DNA from: Octopus sinensis
Lineage: Eukaryota
Direction: 5' to 3'
DNA length: 64,000 nucleotides
Assembly: GCF_006345805.1 (NCBI RefSeq)
Contig: NW_021832124.1
Coordinates: forward strand, 124,001 to 188,000
Shown piece after piece: positions 1-10,503 of this stretch (positions are counted from its first letter, which is position 1; every line of letters starts with the position of its first letter). The translations under genes and the position numbers were made by a program. The notes under the pieces were generated by a model. It was not told the DNA's origin and did no database searches. It worked only from the letters and a program-made list of their open reading frames with translations.

Positions 1-240
1 TTTAATTCGCATTCGATTATGGAATTCTGGATTTCTGTTATTAATGAATATCCAATCTTAAGTGATAATTTCCTTTCCAACCACTTATTTATGTAAAATG
101 GCAATGTCTTGTCTTGTTATTCTGAAAAGTAAAGTTCGTAACCTATTTAAGGTGGAGGACGATATGAAAATGGCACTTACCAACATTACCAAAAATTGAA
201 CAGCTAGTTTCTGAAAAGCTGGATCAAAAATCACACCAAC
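1..240 (+). mobile_element. C-terminal remnant of a hAT (Charlie/Buster, ZBED5/SCAND3-like) transposase, frameshifted
   Basis: Translated pieces FWISVINEYPILS...LKSKVRN..VEDDMKMALTNIT..IEQLVSEK..KSH match the hATC dimerisation end of Charlie-type transposases. Confidence 0.75.
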
Positions 241-249
241 TCTAAATAC

Positions 250-1680
250 TATGATTTTTTAGTTTTGTTAGCTTTTTTATTAAATTGTTTTGTTACTGGT
301 GGTCCTCAAAAAAATTCAACAGACTAAAGTGGTCCCCGGTCAAAAAAAAATTAAGAAACACTGGCTTAAATGGTTCAGTTCTTGCTCCAAAATTAATCAA
401 AATTGGGGGAGCATATTTATAATGTTCAGCACAATTCTCCAAAGCGAGTTCAATATCTACAGTTGAAAGAATTTTCACAACATGCTGGGTCCATTAGATT
501 CGCAAGTAAGTGAAAAGGTTTTAATGCTTGATCAGCTTGAGTTTTCACTTTTTCTAAATAGCCGTACATTCATATTCCATATAAGTTTGTTCAAATTCCT
601 TCCAATTTTTCAGCATGGCAAATCTTCGTAGAATCATTTTGCATTTTGTCTAAAGCAACAGCAATTGATTTAATCAACCGCAAATATTCTTCAACACGAC
701 ATTTTAGGCAAATATTTAGGACTTTGGAAGCAATATCTGTATCAATATCGGATCTGTGTTTTTCACAAATTCTCAAAATTTTTTTTTATAGAATATCGGA
801 TAATAATCCAAAGAAAAATAGAGAAGAGAAGTTAACTAATTTAGATGAGTCGCCGAGCGGATGGACAGGCAATTTCCACGTAATATCGCGAACGATATCC
901 GCTGAAAAAGCCAGCTCGTTTCACGACTGTCGTGACTCCTTCTCGAGATGATTAAACCAATCTCTGAGAGGAGTTTGAGGGCTTTGGGTCCAATTATCCC
1001 ACTGGTCTCGAAAGCCAGGGGAATGAAGCAGCAGGTATCGGTCAAAGAGGCATATTTTGCAGTTTTCCTGGATTCGGCAAGGACAGATGCAGATCCAGGA
1101 CGAGTAGCGGAGTCAACCAACGATGATGGAGAAAATGAGTCTACGCAGGTAACATCCCACACGAGTGCCATTCCCTTCCTGAACGGGAATAAGGTCGACC
1201 CGTCAGGGCGTTTTCCGATGTTACAACCGAAACACATTCTCAAAATTGTAGACCAAATTATCCAGAAAGATTCAAAACAATCCGATAAAGTGTTCCAGCA
1301 AACATCAATCGAAAGACAAGTTTTTTCTGTACCATGTAACTGGAAGATTGACATTTCGAAAGTATTTATTTATTTTGTTTCTTTAACGTCAGCCACTTCT
1401 ACATCTTTTGCAAAAAAGTTTAGATAATCTGCCGAGCAACCATATGTAATATTTTCACTGTCATCTTGCATCATTATCCCCCTCCTTTTAGCCATGTTGG
1501 CAGCATTGTTCGTCACAAGACTCCCGATTTTACATCGGCAGACATGGCAGAATCTAATGCAACAGATTGAAGATACTCCGCAGTGTGTCTGTGTTCAGAA
1601 ATGTCCACAGTGTCAATTAGATGGCTTTCTCCATCTGATGTTACAATCGAGTTTTAATACGTATCTAGCGAGTTTTAATA
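250..1680 (-). mobile_element. Degenerate hAT transposase (DUF659/ZBED1-like), interrupted by a CRE retrotransposon
   Basis: Motifs LIDTVD..HTAEYL, LVTNNAANM, GCSADYLN, DVCWNTLSDCFES, IAVALDKMQ, QALKPFHLLANLMDP. Removing 781-1235 plus one TSD rejoins STILR|ICEKHRS. Confidence 0.8.
781..1235 (-). mobile_element. 5'-truncated CRE-clade non-LTR retrotransposon (RLE domain) with poly(A) tail
   Basis: GKRPDG..LVWDVTCVD..AESRKTAKY..PLAFETSG..FQRISFAILRGN. T-run at the 3' junction. 12-bp TSD attctcaaaatt at 769-780 and 1236-1247. Confidence 0.9.
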
Positions 1681-1699
1681 TAAAAACAAAAAATATTTA

Positions 1700-1768
1700 A
1701 TATATTTTTATAATTTTAATCGGGCCGCACCAAAATTGTGGCGGATGGGCCGTGGTTGAGAACCGCTG
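1700..1768 (+). mobile_element. Right terminus of a Charlie-type hAT element
   Basis: ggttgagaaccgctg (1754-1768) is the reverse complement of the Charlie-type TIR CAGCGGTTCTCAACC. It is followed by gcctaaat, which fits an nnnTAnnn target. Confidence 0.65.
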
Positions 1769-1794
1769 GCCTAAATAATAAAAAACAAAGTGAG

Positions 1795-2020
1795 TTTGAT
1801 CAGTAGGAGGGCAATTTAGCAGTTTTTCGATGAATTTAAAGTGAGTGAGGAGCATGTGCCTGCAGCAATATTTCTTGAGCAATAGAATGTCCAAAGCACC
1901 ACATCAATTGAGATGCCTATTGTACCTCTCGCTGTATCTACATGACAACAATGTTATATACTGCACCCAATTATTCCCTATCACTTTCCCACACGAAAAA
2001 CATCTAATCGGAATAAACGA
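1795..2020 (-). pseudogene. POLR2L: RNA polymerase common subunit RPB10 pseudogene
   Basis: [20 protein letters not shown]|..[25 protein letters not shown]. No ATG. A remnant intron at the conserved EG/DALD position has lost its AG. Confidence 0.85.
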
Positions 2021-2824
2021 GTGATGTCACATGATTATGTTGAGAGTAAAGACTCTGTCTTGAGAGGATCACCCTTATACAGTGGACGAACATGTAATAA
2101 GTTGATGTGAACATTTCGATAAAGAAATTGACACATATCGTTGACAGTGGTATAAGTAGTGTGTTGTTATAAAGTATGGCATAAGAGTAGACAGGCTGGC
2201 ACTGATGACGACTTTGCTGATTACTTCTACAATAAACAACGCAGACACACAAGTCTCTCCTCTCTTCCTTTACTCCATCACATTCCTCGCCTCACACTTG
2301 GCCACCAGGTTGCCTCTATTCACACATTTGTCCCTCCAACACCTCACTCCTCTCTATATCCGACTTGAGAACCTCAGGTTTGGTGCTCTTTACCCCAAGT
2401 CCCTTCCTTTGCACGGAACGTCTGAGGAGTCGATTCACTTACTGACCATCACCTACACCAAGTCCGCGTCATCATCACTGCCTCCTCCAAAGGGCGACAC
2501 TCCTGACCGGGTCCTTCTCCTTACATTCCAGTCTCATTCACAGTGATGGCTCCTCCTTTTTCGTTTTCGCCACACCTTACGACGAGTCTCATTCCACTGA
2601 AGTGGTCAGGTCTACTCATGGTTGGTCTCCTCCCAGTTAATGTCGACACTCAGTGCAGTCCCTCCTGTTCACTCCTCGGCCAATTTCGTCATTCTTCCAG
2701 ACTGAGTATTCACAGTCGGATTGTCCCATCACTCCTGCGAGACACACTCATGTACCCCTTCATGTAGTCAGACCCGCCGTTGACCGTAATTGTCGTTAAT
2801 CAAAAAGAGATTAGTGAAGTGAGA

Positions 2825-3070
2825 ATGGAGAGATCTTGCAAGGTGATTCTTTATCGCCGCAAATCTTCGTTCTTATCCTGGACCCCTGAGTAGAAGATTA
2901 AATGCGAAATTCCCAAATGTGCTAGTGGACAACTCTGCCAATAGTCCTTGAATATACTCAAAGAACCACTTGTGTTGTTCATGGACGACATAAAATTGTT
3001 TGCTCGGAAGGAAGACACTGTAATAAGGATAATGGCTGAGGTTGATCAATTCTTTCGTTTGAATCCAAAA
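2825..3070 (+). mobile_element. Reverse transcriptase fragment of an R4-like non-LTR element
   Basis: QGDSLSPQIFVLILDP(L)SRRLN and LFMDDIKLFA, with frameshifts. Confidence 0.75.
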
Positions 3071-3225
3071 CAGTGAGTTAAGGTGTCCAAAAAGAGTTGA
3101 TTAAGTTTATGTGGATAAAAAGCAGGTGTAAATTCATTTATATTTAATAGTTACGAGTTAACACTTAAAACAAACCGGACTTGACGCCGTTTTAATTAAA
3201 AAAGACGCAAATTCGCAAAAATTGC

Positions 3226-3257
3226 CGTAATTTACGTCTCCACGAACAATATAAATA
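3226..3257 (+). promoter_or_regulatory. Putative core promoter CGTAATTT-N16-TATAAATA of ETS copy 1
   Basis: cgtaattt at 3226 and tataaata at 3250, ATG at 3297. The same architecture occurs at 5450 and 36252. Confidence 0.6.
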
Positions 3258-3296
3258 CGTGCTGTGCGTTCTGCGGATGACAATTACTACTTGGAA

Positions 3297-3701
3297 ATGA
3301 AGACTTGTTTATACCAATTTCTTATTGAAAACCTAAACAAGAAGTGTCCGTATCTCACGTGGATTGGGATGTCGAATTCGTTTCGCATCACCAATCCACC
3401 AGAACTTGCAAGAATGTGGGGGGAATTGAAAAACAACCCTAAGATGACGGTTGACAAGTTCAACCGCGTCTTAAGGTTGTACTACAACAACCCCAGGATC
3501 TTAAAAAGGGAAAAAGGACCAAAAAATACCTATACTTTTTATCATGATGTCCCATATCAATCTACTGAAGAATATACTTACTCGAATGCATATGAGCCCC
3601 CACTGACAGAAATTCAAAACCACTTTGGGGAGTGGAGTTATGAGGAACACCTCTTTCCGCAATATTATGATGATCTTTCAACTTATAACTTCTTTTATTA
3701 A
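3297..3701 (+). CDS. Intronless minimal ETS-domain transcription factor, copy 1 (134 aa)
   Basis: LYQFLIE..LTW..F.ITNPPELARMWG..KNNPKMTVDKFNRVLRLYY..TYTF is an ETS winged helix. Acidic/Tyr-rich tail, TATA upstream, AATAAA downstream. Confidence 0.9.
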   Translation: MKTCLYQFLIENLNKKCPYLTWIGMSNSFRITNPPELARMWGELKNNPKMTVDKFNRVLRLYYNNPRILKREKGPKNTYTFYHDVPYQSTEEYTYSNAYEPPLTEIQNHFGEWSYEEHLFPQYYDDLSTYNFFY

Positions 3702-4559
3702 AATTCTTTATTTTTTAAATAAAATTTCTACATGTTAATTGTTACATTTACACAAAAGTAAATATTAGGTCGAGAAAGTAATTATCGATTGTTTATCGAG
3801 TTCCTAAACATCGATTTTTTTACTTAGATCTGACCCGAATTTATTGATTATTGAATTTTTTATTGATTTTGATTTTTAAAATTTGTTAATACAAAAAATA
3901 AAAGTTTTAGTTGTTAATTAATTAAACTTTGTTAAATTGCTTTAAAACAAAACATTTTTTTAGACTGGTTTGTTCCCACAGTTATTAATAAAAGAAACTA
4001 ATTAACTAATTAATTCCTAACTAACTCCTAAGCTTTCGATGTGAAATTTATTGAATTTCCAATTTCTTTTACTTAATTAATTTACGTGTGCTATTTAGTC
4101 TTTCGTCGGTTGCTAAAGTTTTTTTAGTTGTTGAGTTCTGCTGTTTGTCAACACGAAAAGAACAAGAACAAACTTCGATTGTCGAAATCAACTAATTCAA
4201 TACAATATACCTATTATGAATATTTCCGAAAATGCGTATTAATAAAAAAGGTTTACCACTCTTGTTGTAATGGCATGTCAAGAACATTGGAGTCTTGTCT
4301 ATGTTGCTATTCCTGCTAAGTGGAAATTCGCAATCTTTCGTTTTTTTATACATAGAATTGGAATTCCATATTTTAGTTTAGGTCGGTCTTTAGAACATCG
4401 ATGGACGCTGTCAAAACCCTTAAAGATATGTCAATGGAAGCTATGACTGTTTGTTTTGGCGGTTCCTCTCATTGAAGCTGTCCAGGACAAATTTAAAAAG
4501 AGTTGTTAAAAAAAGTTGTTAGGTTTCGTTTTCATGTCCTGTTTGGAAACGTAAATATA

Positions 4560-5153
4560 TTATATGATTGACAAAATTTTAAAACTGATTTGAATCTGAA
4601 AATTTTTTAAATCGAATTGTTCCTTCAATTTGCTTTGATGTCTAATCTAAATTAAAAAATTTACATATTAATTCATTGTTGATCACAACGTGGTCTGCTC
4701 TTAGATCTCCATGAACCAACTTCTGTCGATAAATGTAATGCATTCCACTTGCGACACAACAAAGACACTATTTAGACTAAAGAAATCAACTTGTATTTGC
4801 TAACATGTTGACTTTGATAGTTTTTCTTTATCTTTTGCGAATTACGTCCCCAACGTGTCCTTGCTTCATAAACTCCTCTTCCATAAACTCACGATCCTTT
4901 ATTTTTTCGGGTAAAAACTTTTATAACTGACAAAAAATTCTATCAAAGGAAATATCTGATTTTCTTTGATGTAATAATTCTCGACTCCTTTGTTGTAAAC
5001 AGTACAAATTTTACGATGTTTGACGGCCATGAAGATTGCTAATTCGGAAAATTGCTGGTTGATATTCATATGACTGGTTGACATAAAACAAACTTTTTCT
5101 ATTTTAGGAAATGAAGATTTCGATTCCAAATTAAAAATTGACTCATCGGCCAC
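4560..5153 (-). pseudogene. Degenerate tyrosine-kinase-like gene fragment
   Basis: KHRKICTVY..LIEF, EFMKQG, VASGMHYIY.QKLVHGDLRADHVV..ELICK. Stops present, no DFG seen. Confidence 0.6.
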
Positions 5154-5449
5154 ACTACAAAAGAAAAAAAAGTTAAAGGACTTCGTTTGGATTAGTTAGT
5201 TCTTTGGTAACATGTTCTCTGTTTGTCTTGAGCAAGATGTCAACATGTCGTTTAAAACTTGCGGTAGGGAAATTTAAAATTTTTACGTGTCCAAAACAGC
5301 TAAATAGATTTTGGTGAATAGGAAAACAAACTCATTACCACAGAGAGCAGGTGTAAATTCATTTATATTTAATAGTTACGAGTTAACCCCGAAAACAAAC
5401 CGGACATTGCGCCGTTTTAATAAAAAAGACGTGAATTTACAAAAATTGC

Positions 5450-5481
5450 CGTAATTTACGTCTCCACGAACAATATAAATA
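5450..5481 (+). promoter_or_regulatory. Putative core promoter CGTAATTT-N16-TATAAATA of ETS copy 2
   Basis: cgtaattt at 5450, tataaata at 5474, ATG at 5521. Confidence 0.6.
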
Positions 5482-5520
5482 CGTGCTGTGCGTTCTGCGG
5501 ATGACAATTACTACTTGGAA

Positions 5521-5925
5521 ATGAAGACGTGTTTATATCAATTTCTTATTGAAAACCTAAACAAGAAGTGTCCGTATCTCACGTGGATTGGGATGTCAAA
5601 TTCGTTTCGCATCACCAATCCACCAGAACTTGCAAGAATGTGGGGGGAGTTGAAAAACAACCCTAAGATGACGGTTGACAAGTTCAACCGCGTCTTAAGG
5701 TTGTATTACAACAACCCCAGGATCTTAAGAAGAGAAAAAGGACCAAAAAATACCTATACTTTTTATCATGATGTCCCTTATCAATCTACTGAAGAATATA
5801 CTTACTCGAATGCATATGAGCCCCCACTGACTGAAAATCAAAACCACTTTGGGGAGTGGAGTTATGAGGAACGCCTCTTTCCGCAATATTATGATGATCT
5901 TTCAAATTATAACTTCTTTTATTAA
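5521..5925 (+). CDS. Intronless minimal ETS-domain transcription factor, copy 2 (134 aa)
   Basis: Intact ORF with 4 amino-acid differences from copy 1. Confidence 0.9.
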   Translation: MKTCLYQFLIENLNKKCPYLTWIGMSNSFRITNPPELARMWGELKNNPKMTVDKFNRVLRLYYNNPRILRREKGPKNTYTFYHDVPYQSTEEYTYSNAYEPPLTENQNHFGEWSYEERLFPQYYDDLSNYNFFY

Positions 5926-7269
5926 AATTTTTTATTTTTTAAATAAAATTTCTACATATTAATTGTTACATTTATACACAAAAGCAAATATTAGGTTTAG
6001 AAAGAAATTATCGATTGATTATCGACTTAGAAATTATCGATTTTTTACTTAGATCTAACCCGAATTTATTGATTATTGATTTTATATTGATTTTAGTTTT
6101 TTAATTTGTTAATTAATTAAACTTTGCTTTGATGTTAATTAATTAAACTTTGCTAGATTCCTTTAAAAAAATTTTATGAACTGTTTTGTTTTCAAAGACA
6201 GATACCCCGTCTCTTGGGAACTGCTGAGTTAAATAATTGTCTGGAAATCTTAAAGTTATTTACTTTCATTAAAATTGGAATGTTTGTGTAAATCGTGTGT
6301 TTTTTGTTGACGTTTAATCCAAATTCGACATGACTCAGTCAGGAATAAATAAAAATGTTAACTAGGCGACTTCTAGTAAATTTGCTAGTATTTTAGTTTG
6401 AGAATAAGGTTTTAAAAATGGCTAGCGAATTCCAATGCTCACAATCCTACAGCCTAGAATTTTGTGAGTCGGACAAATATGAATATCAAACTGTTGTTTA
6501 AATAAGGTGCCCACTCGGACCAGGATATGCGCAACAGAGATGTCCTTTTAAAATTACAGTCCGACCCCCCAATAAAACCCCGGCCTTGAGGGAAAAAACT
6601 TTATCTGCAATTTCTCAACAAAATGCTCATGTTCTCAACAAAACGAGCACCAGAGTAGCGAGTTAGCCCTATTCTTGCAGGTTAGCAAGATATTAAGTAG
6701 ACATCCCTACTCTCTGAGAATTGTTTCTTCCTCCTTACGGATCGCAGAATGACGCGAAATAGGTAATGAAACCGAAATGGAGCTTGTGGTGAAATCATTA
6801 CACAAGTTTTCACACGGAGGAGTAAATAAAATTGAACATGAATGTAGATATTTCACTGTCAAGAATGAGATTATCAGAAAAGTAATTTGAAATTGTAAAG
6901 TTTGCAAATTTTTGCTCCTTTAAAAGTTCAAGATTTTTTTTAATTGGACTGGTGCCCGTCTCCTGAAATCAATTCCATCCTTGTGCGGCAGAATGATTTC
7001 TGTCAACCTCCCACCTTTTTCACGCGATTTACTGTTCTCGGCAAGCTTAAAAGCCTTAAATAAAGCGATGGGGGAATCAGGCCCATCAATGTGGGTAACA
7101 CATTCGGGAGGCTTGTTGCAAAAATCATTCTTAGTGATGTTTTTCCTGATCTGAGCTTTCATTTGCTCCACCTCAGTTCGGCGTTGGGTCCAAGCAATTT
7201 ATCCTTCCACGTATTTCCAAACCTTACACTCTTAGAAGAAGTCTCTTTATCTTCTCGGGTGAGAAGTCC

Positions 7270-7920
7270 CTTTTCATTCAAGACATTCACAGTCTCGGCC
7301 ATAGAACTGTGCATTGCAAAGATATTGGTGTACTTCCGACGACTCGACGCACTTTCCGTTGTTACTGCAGCTGACGGACTCGCAGTCGTTCACTTCTAGA
7401 AATGAGTATTACATGAACTTGTGCACTCGAATTCATTCCCTTCGAAGTCATGACTGCACTCACAAACATACGAGTCTACCACTTTACTGCATTTCGCATT
7501 CTCGTCGCAAACAATCTTGCATTTGTTTATTTCTGGAATATTTCTCATCATCACCTTCACAAAATGTTTTGTTTTTTCTGGTCACTCTTGCATAGCCGTC
7601 CGCACACTTGCAAGCAAACGATTCGGCTATATTCCCACAGTACGCTCCGTCTATTTTCAGAAATTCTTTCGCACCATCACTTGCACATTTGGCGCCAAAA
7701 TGGGTGATTCAAAAATTTTTTTCCGCCAGCACTAAGAATGCACTTGTAACCTTTCCCGCCGTAGGGCGAAGAATAAGTTTTGTAGATTCGAACGCACTTT
7801 GCCCCACGTGGACAGCTGTGGAGGTTTTCCTTCCAGGGGTCAACAACTATTGGGGTCATAGATGAGGGGCTACCGTGGCACGCAAAGAAGGCGGAAAGAT
7901 TTGCAAGATTGTTTGCCAAG
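7270..7920 (-). pseudogene. Fragment of an EGF-repeat (fibrillin/Notch-like) gene with tiny introns
   Basis: FACKCADGY..FCE|EINKC..CDENAKC..SYVCECSHDFEG..ECT|EVNDCESVSCSNNGKC..CNAQFYGRDCE. Introns gtgatgatgagaaatattccag (22 nt) and gttcatgtaatactcatttctag (23 nt). The upstream repeat is degenerate. Confidence 0.75.
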
Positions 7921-8046
7921 TCAATATCAAAGTGAGCGTAATTCTTGAAAAGAGATAGCCAGTTAAAATGTCACCATGTGTTCACAAATAATGAATGTTG
8001 CCTTGTTTAGTCTGATTTTGAATTCTTCTTGAGCCACTTCATCTAC

Positions 8047-8182
8047 GAAAAAAGAAAATCCATTGAGAGAAGTCAAGATTGTCAAGCTCTGTCTTAATAT
8101 TTCTGTTGGTCAGTCTGAGGATAGATTGACAAGAGCGGCCAAAGTAATGGAACAAATGACTGGCCAAAGACCTCGCTTTTGA
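8047..8182 (+). pseudogene. RPL11: N-terminal fragment of 60S ribosomal protein L11 (uL5)
   Basis: [43 protein letters not shown]. No start codon, truncated. Confidence 0.9.
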
Positions 8183-8559
8183 AATACTATTTTATATTCC
8201 CAAATTTGGAGGCGTTTATCATAAGGAAGGCCCGAGCAATCAAGCACGTTTTGTTCACTAAAACTAACCAATTTGGTATGTTTTGTTGACTTTCTAGACT
8301 GGCAATCTGAAGAGTAATTATTTATTTACAAACCGCGCTAAATATATAACATGATCCACAATCAAGCTGATTTTTAACATTTGTGACTAAATTTTAATTT
8401 CTCCAGTCAAAAGATAATGGAATTTCATAGTTTTCCGCAAAATCTCTTTCATTTTTTAAGAAAAAAGATGTTCCATAATCATTTGTATCAAATAATTTAA
8501 TTGGTGTAGATTTGGAAGTTCATTCTCAGTCTGGGAATATTTTTAGCAGAAAAATATCA

Positions 8560-9022
8560 TATCTGTAAACGAGTTTATTTCTAGTTGGAAGGGCAAGGGG
8601 TCACATTCTACTTTCTTACTAAAATACAAAGATGAAAAATGTCGAGACGTAATCAGTCAACGAAGTAACTGTCCTAAAGAAAAATTTATTTATTATATAT
8701 TTTGGAGTTTCAAGCAGTGATCCAATCTACGCTTTTAAAGAAAATTTGTCTTATACATAGGTTGATACTCGTTGGTCATCTTGAGGCCTTTTGTAATGAG
8801 AAATAAATTCAATTCGTGAGAAAAAAAATAACTACACCTTTTTACGCATATGGATGGATCAGACTTAATTTTTGTCTCTTGTATACATAGAATAAAAACT
8901 TTATATATTTTAAGGTCTGCACAGAGAATATTTCTTGACTGAGGATTAAATACTTCTTTTGCATTAAACGTAAGAATCTTTAGGACAAGCATATTCTCCT
9001 GTATCTTCTGCTTTCTAGACAT
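8560..9022 (-). mobile_element. AP-endonuclease remnant of an RTE-like LINE
   Basis: LKILTFNAK..ADLKIYKVFILCIQETKI. Confidence 0.65.
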
Positions 9023-9039
9023 TTTTCTTGACAGTTATA

Positions 9040-9270
9040 CGGAAAAAACGAGGCACGTCACACCCTCGCCCCTCTTCTAATGTAGAACGCTTTTGTGGAA
9101 GATCGAGAACTACCCTCCCGATCGTTTTACAAAAAGATCTGAAAATCATGAAGAAAGCATTAGCATCTGGTTACAATCTGGACTCTCTAAGGAACCTAGC
9201 TAAGAACAGGAAAGGTTTGAGCAATCTAATTAATTCTCTAATATCTTTTCCTGCACATGCGGGTTTATAA
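9040..9270 (+). mobile_element. 3' end of an RTE-like LINE ORF
   Basis: GRSRTTLPIVLQKDLK..LDSLRNLAKNR resembles the RTE C-terminal RGRPRTTL..L..LA.DR motif. Confidence 0.6.
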
Positions 9271-10382
9271 ACATTATAAAAGTGCTAATAATTTAGTAAT
9301 GTAATATTCAATATTAGTCTGTCGACTTTTTTCTCTTTGTATTTTAAGGCAATAATGACACGTTGATTGTGTTTGGGCAACGAGGCAAAACAATTTATGT
9401 GGGAAAAGTAGTTGGAGAATATTCCACAAATTACGTCTTCTTCAGAGACAAGTAGATTGGGTAATTGTCCTGGGCAAGAAGGAATCCGATGGTCGTTTGG
9501 GGGACTTGAGTGGCGTTCTGAGTGTCCGAAATAGGCTTCTCATGGTTTTGGCCAAAAACTTTTGGGGTTTGTAGGTAAGCTTTTCTGAATCTCCCAATAG
9601 GTTTTTTGAGAAGAATGTGCGCAAGTTCTTCTTTACTAATGACGTCTCTTCTTTCCCTCTTCTATGCACAGTGTGAATGGAGCGAAGCAAGATAGTCGTA
9701 ACCAATCCTCAGAGTCGTCCGAAGAAAGTGCCTTTTTGATACACTCACATAGACAGTCCGCGACAGATATACGGGGAGCTTTGAAATCCTGATCAGGAGT
9801 ATTCGTGTATGTGTCAGGTTTGAGATCAAATATTTCCTGATGGTCTAGTTGGGCATGTTTAGAAGGGTAGCATATGGAAGAGTTTGTCGCATTATCTGGT
9901 TGGAGACATTCCCGACAATATCAATCAAAAATACCGCCAGGGGTCTTTTAGTCATTCCGGAACAGGACATGTGGAAGCCACAGAGCAGGCCGTGCAATGG
10001 ATCATTCTCCTTCTTTTGTTCATCGTGCTGCATCTTCTTTTGCAGTTTTTTGCATGTTCTTTTCAGATTTTTTTTTTCTTTTTCTCTTATTTGTTTTCTT
10101 CTTCACACCACAATACCACAACAATTTCTTCGTAAATTTTCTTATATAATAGATTTGGATATTTATTATTTTTATGATGAAACAGCACGCAGTATAAACT
10201 CATTTTTTGAATTTTTTAGGCCACTGTAACTTCAAAAAAGTACACATTTTGTGGAATTCTCCTTGCAATAATCTTTTTTCCAGTCGGACTCACTTGATGT
10301 TATTTAATGGCTGACGATAAAATTGTCACTACCCAACCAGTTCAGGCCTAACTAATCGAACATTTCATTTTCTTGTTATTTA

Positions 10383-10503
10383 ATGTCACAGTCCAGACGT
10401 GCGTCACGCCGGACGTGAGTCACTTTTTAAAAATTTATAAAAATAAATAAAAAATAACTAAATAGATATACGTCCGGCGTGACTCACGTCTGGACTGTGA
10501 CAT
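10383..10503. mobile_element. 121-bp MITE with ~35-bp TIRs
   Basis: atgtcacagtccagacgtg(c/a)gtcacgccggacgt inverted at both ends, AT-only core, flanked by tta/tta. Confidence 0.85.

Larger units (their letters stand above)
3121..3980 (+). repeat. Local duplication, copy 1 (promoter + ETS gene + AT-rich 3' region)
   Basis: Near-identical to 5346-6195, starting agcaggtgtaaattc. The CDS differs at 12 of 405 nt. Confidence 0.95.
5346..6195 (+). repeat. Local duplication, copy 2
   Basis: Paralogous to 3121-3980, offset about 2.22 kb. Confidence 0.95.

Noticed and set aside
948-1427. 159-aa plus-strand ORF
   Set aside because: It is an antisense shadow of the CRE and hAT coding sequences.
6358-6400. 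CTAG-rich near-palindrome downstream of ETS copy 2 as a Helitron 3' end carrying the gene
   Set aside because: No GC-rich hairpin, no matching 5' TC boundary, and no equivalent after copy 1.
9430-10085. Coding-like minus-strand segment (KENDPLHGLLCGF...)
   Set aside because: Probably another gene fragment, but I could not establish a family or a consistent splice model.
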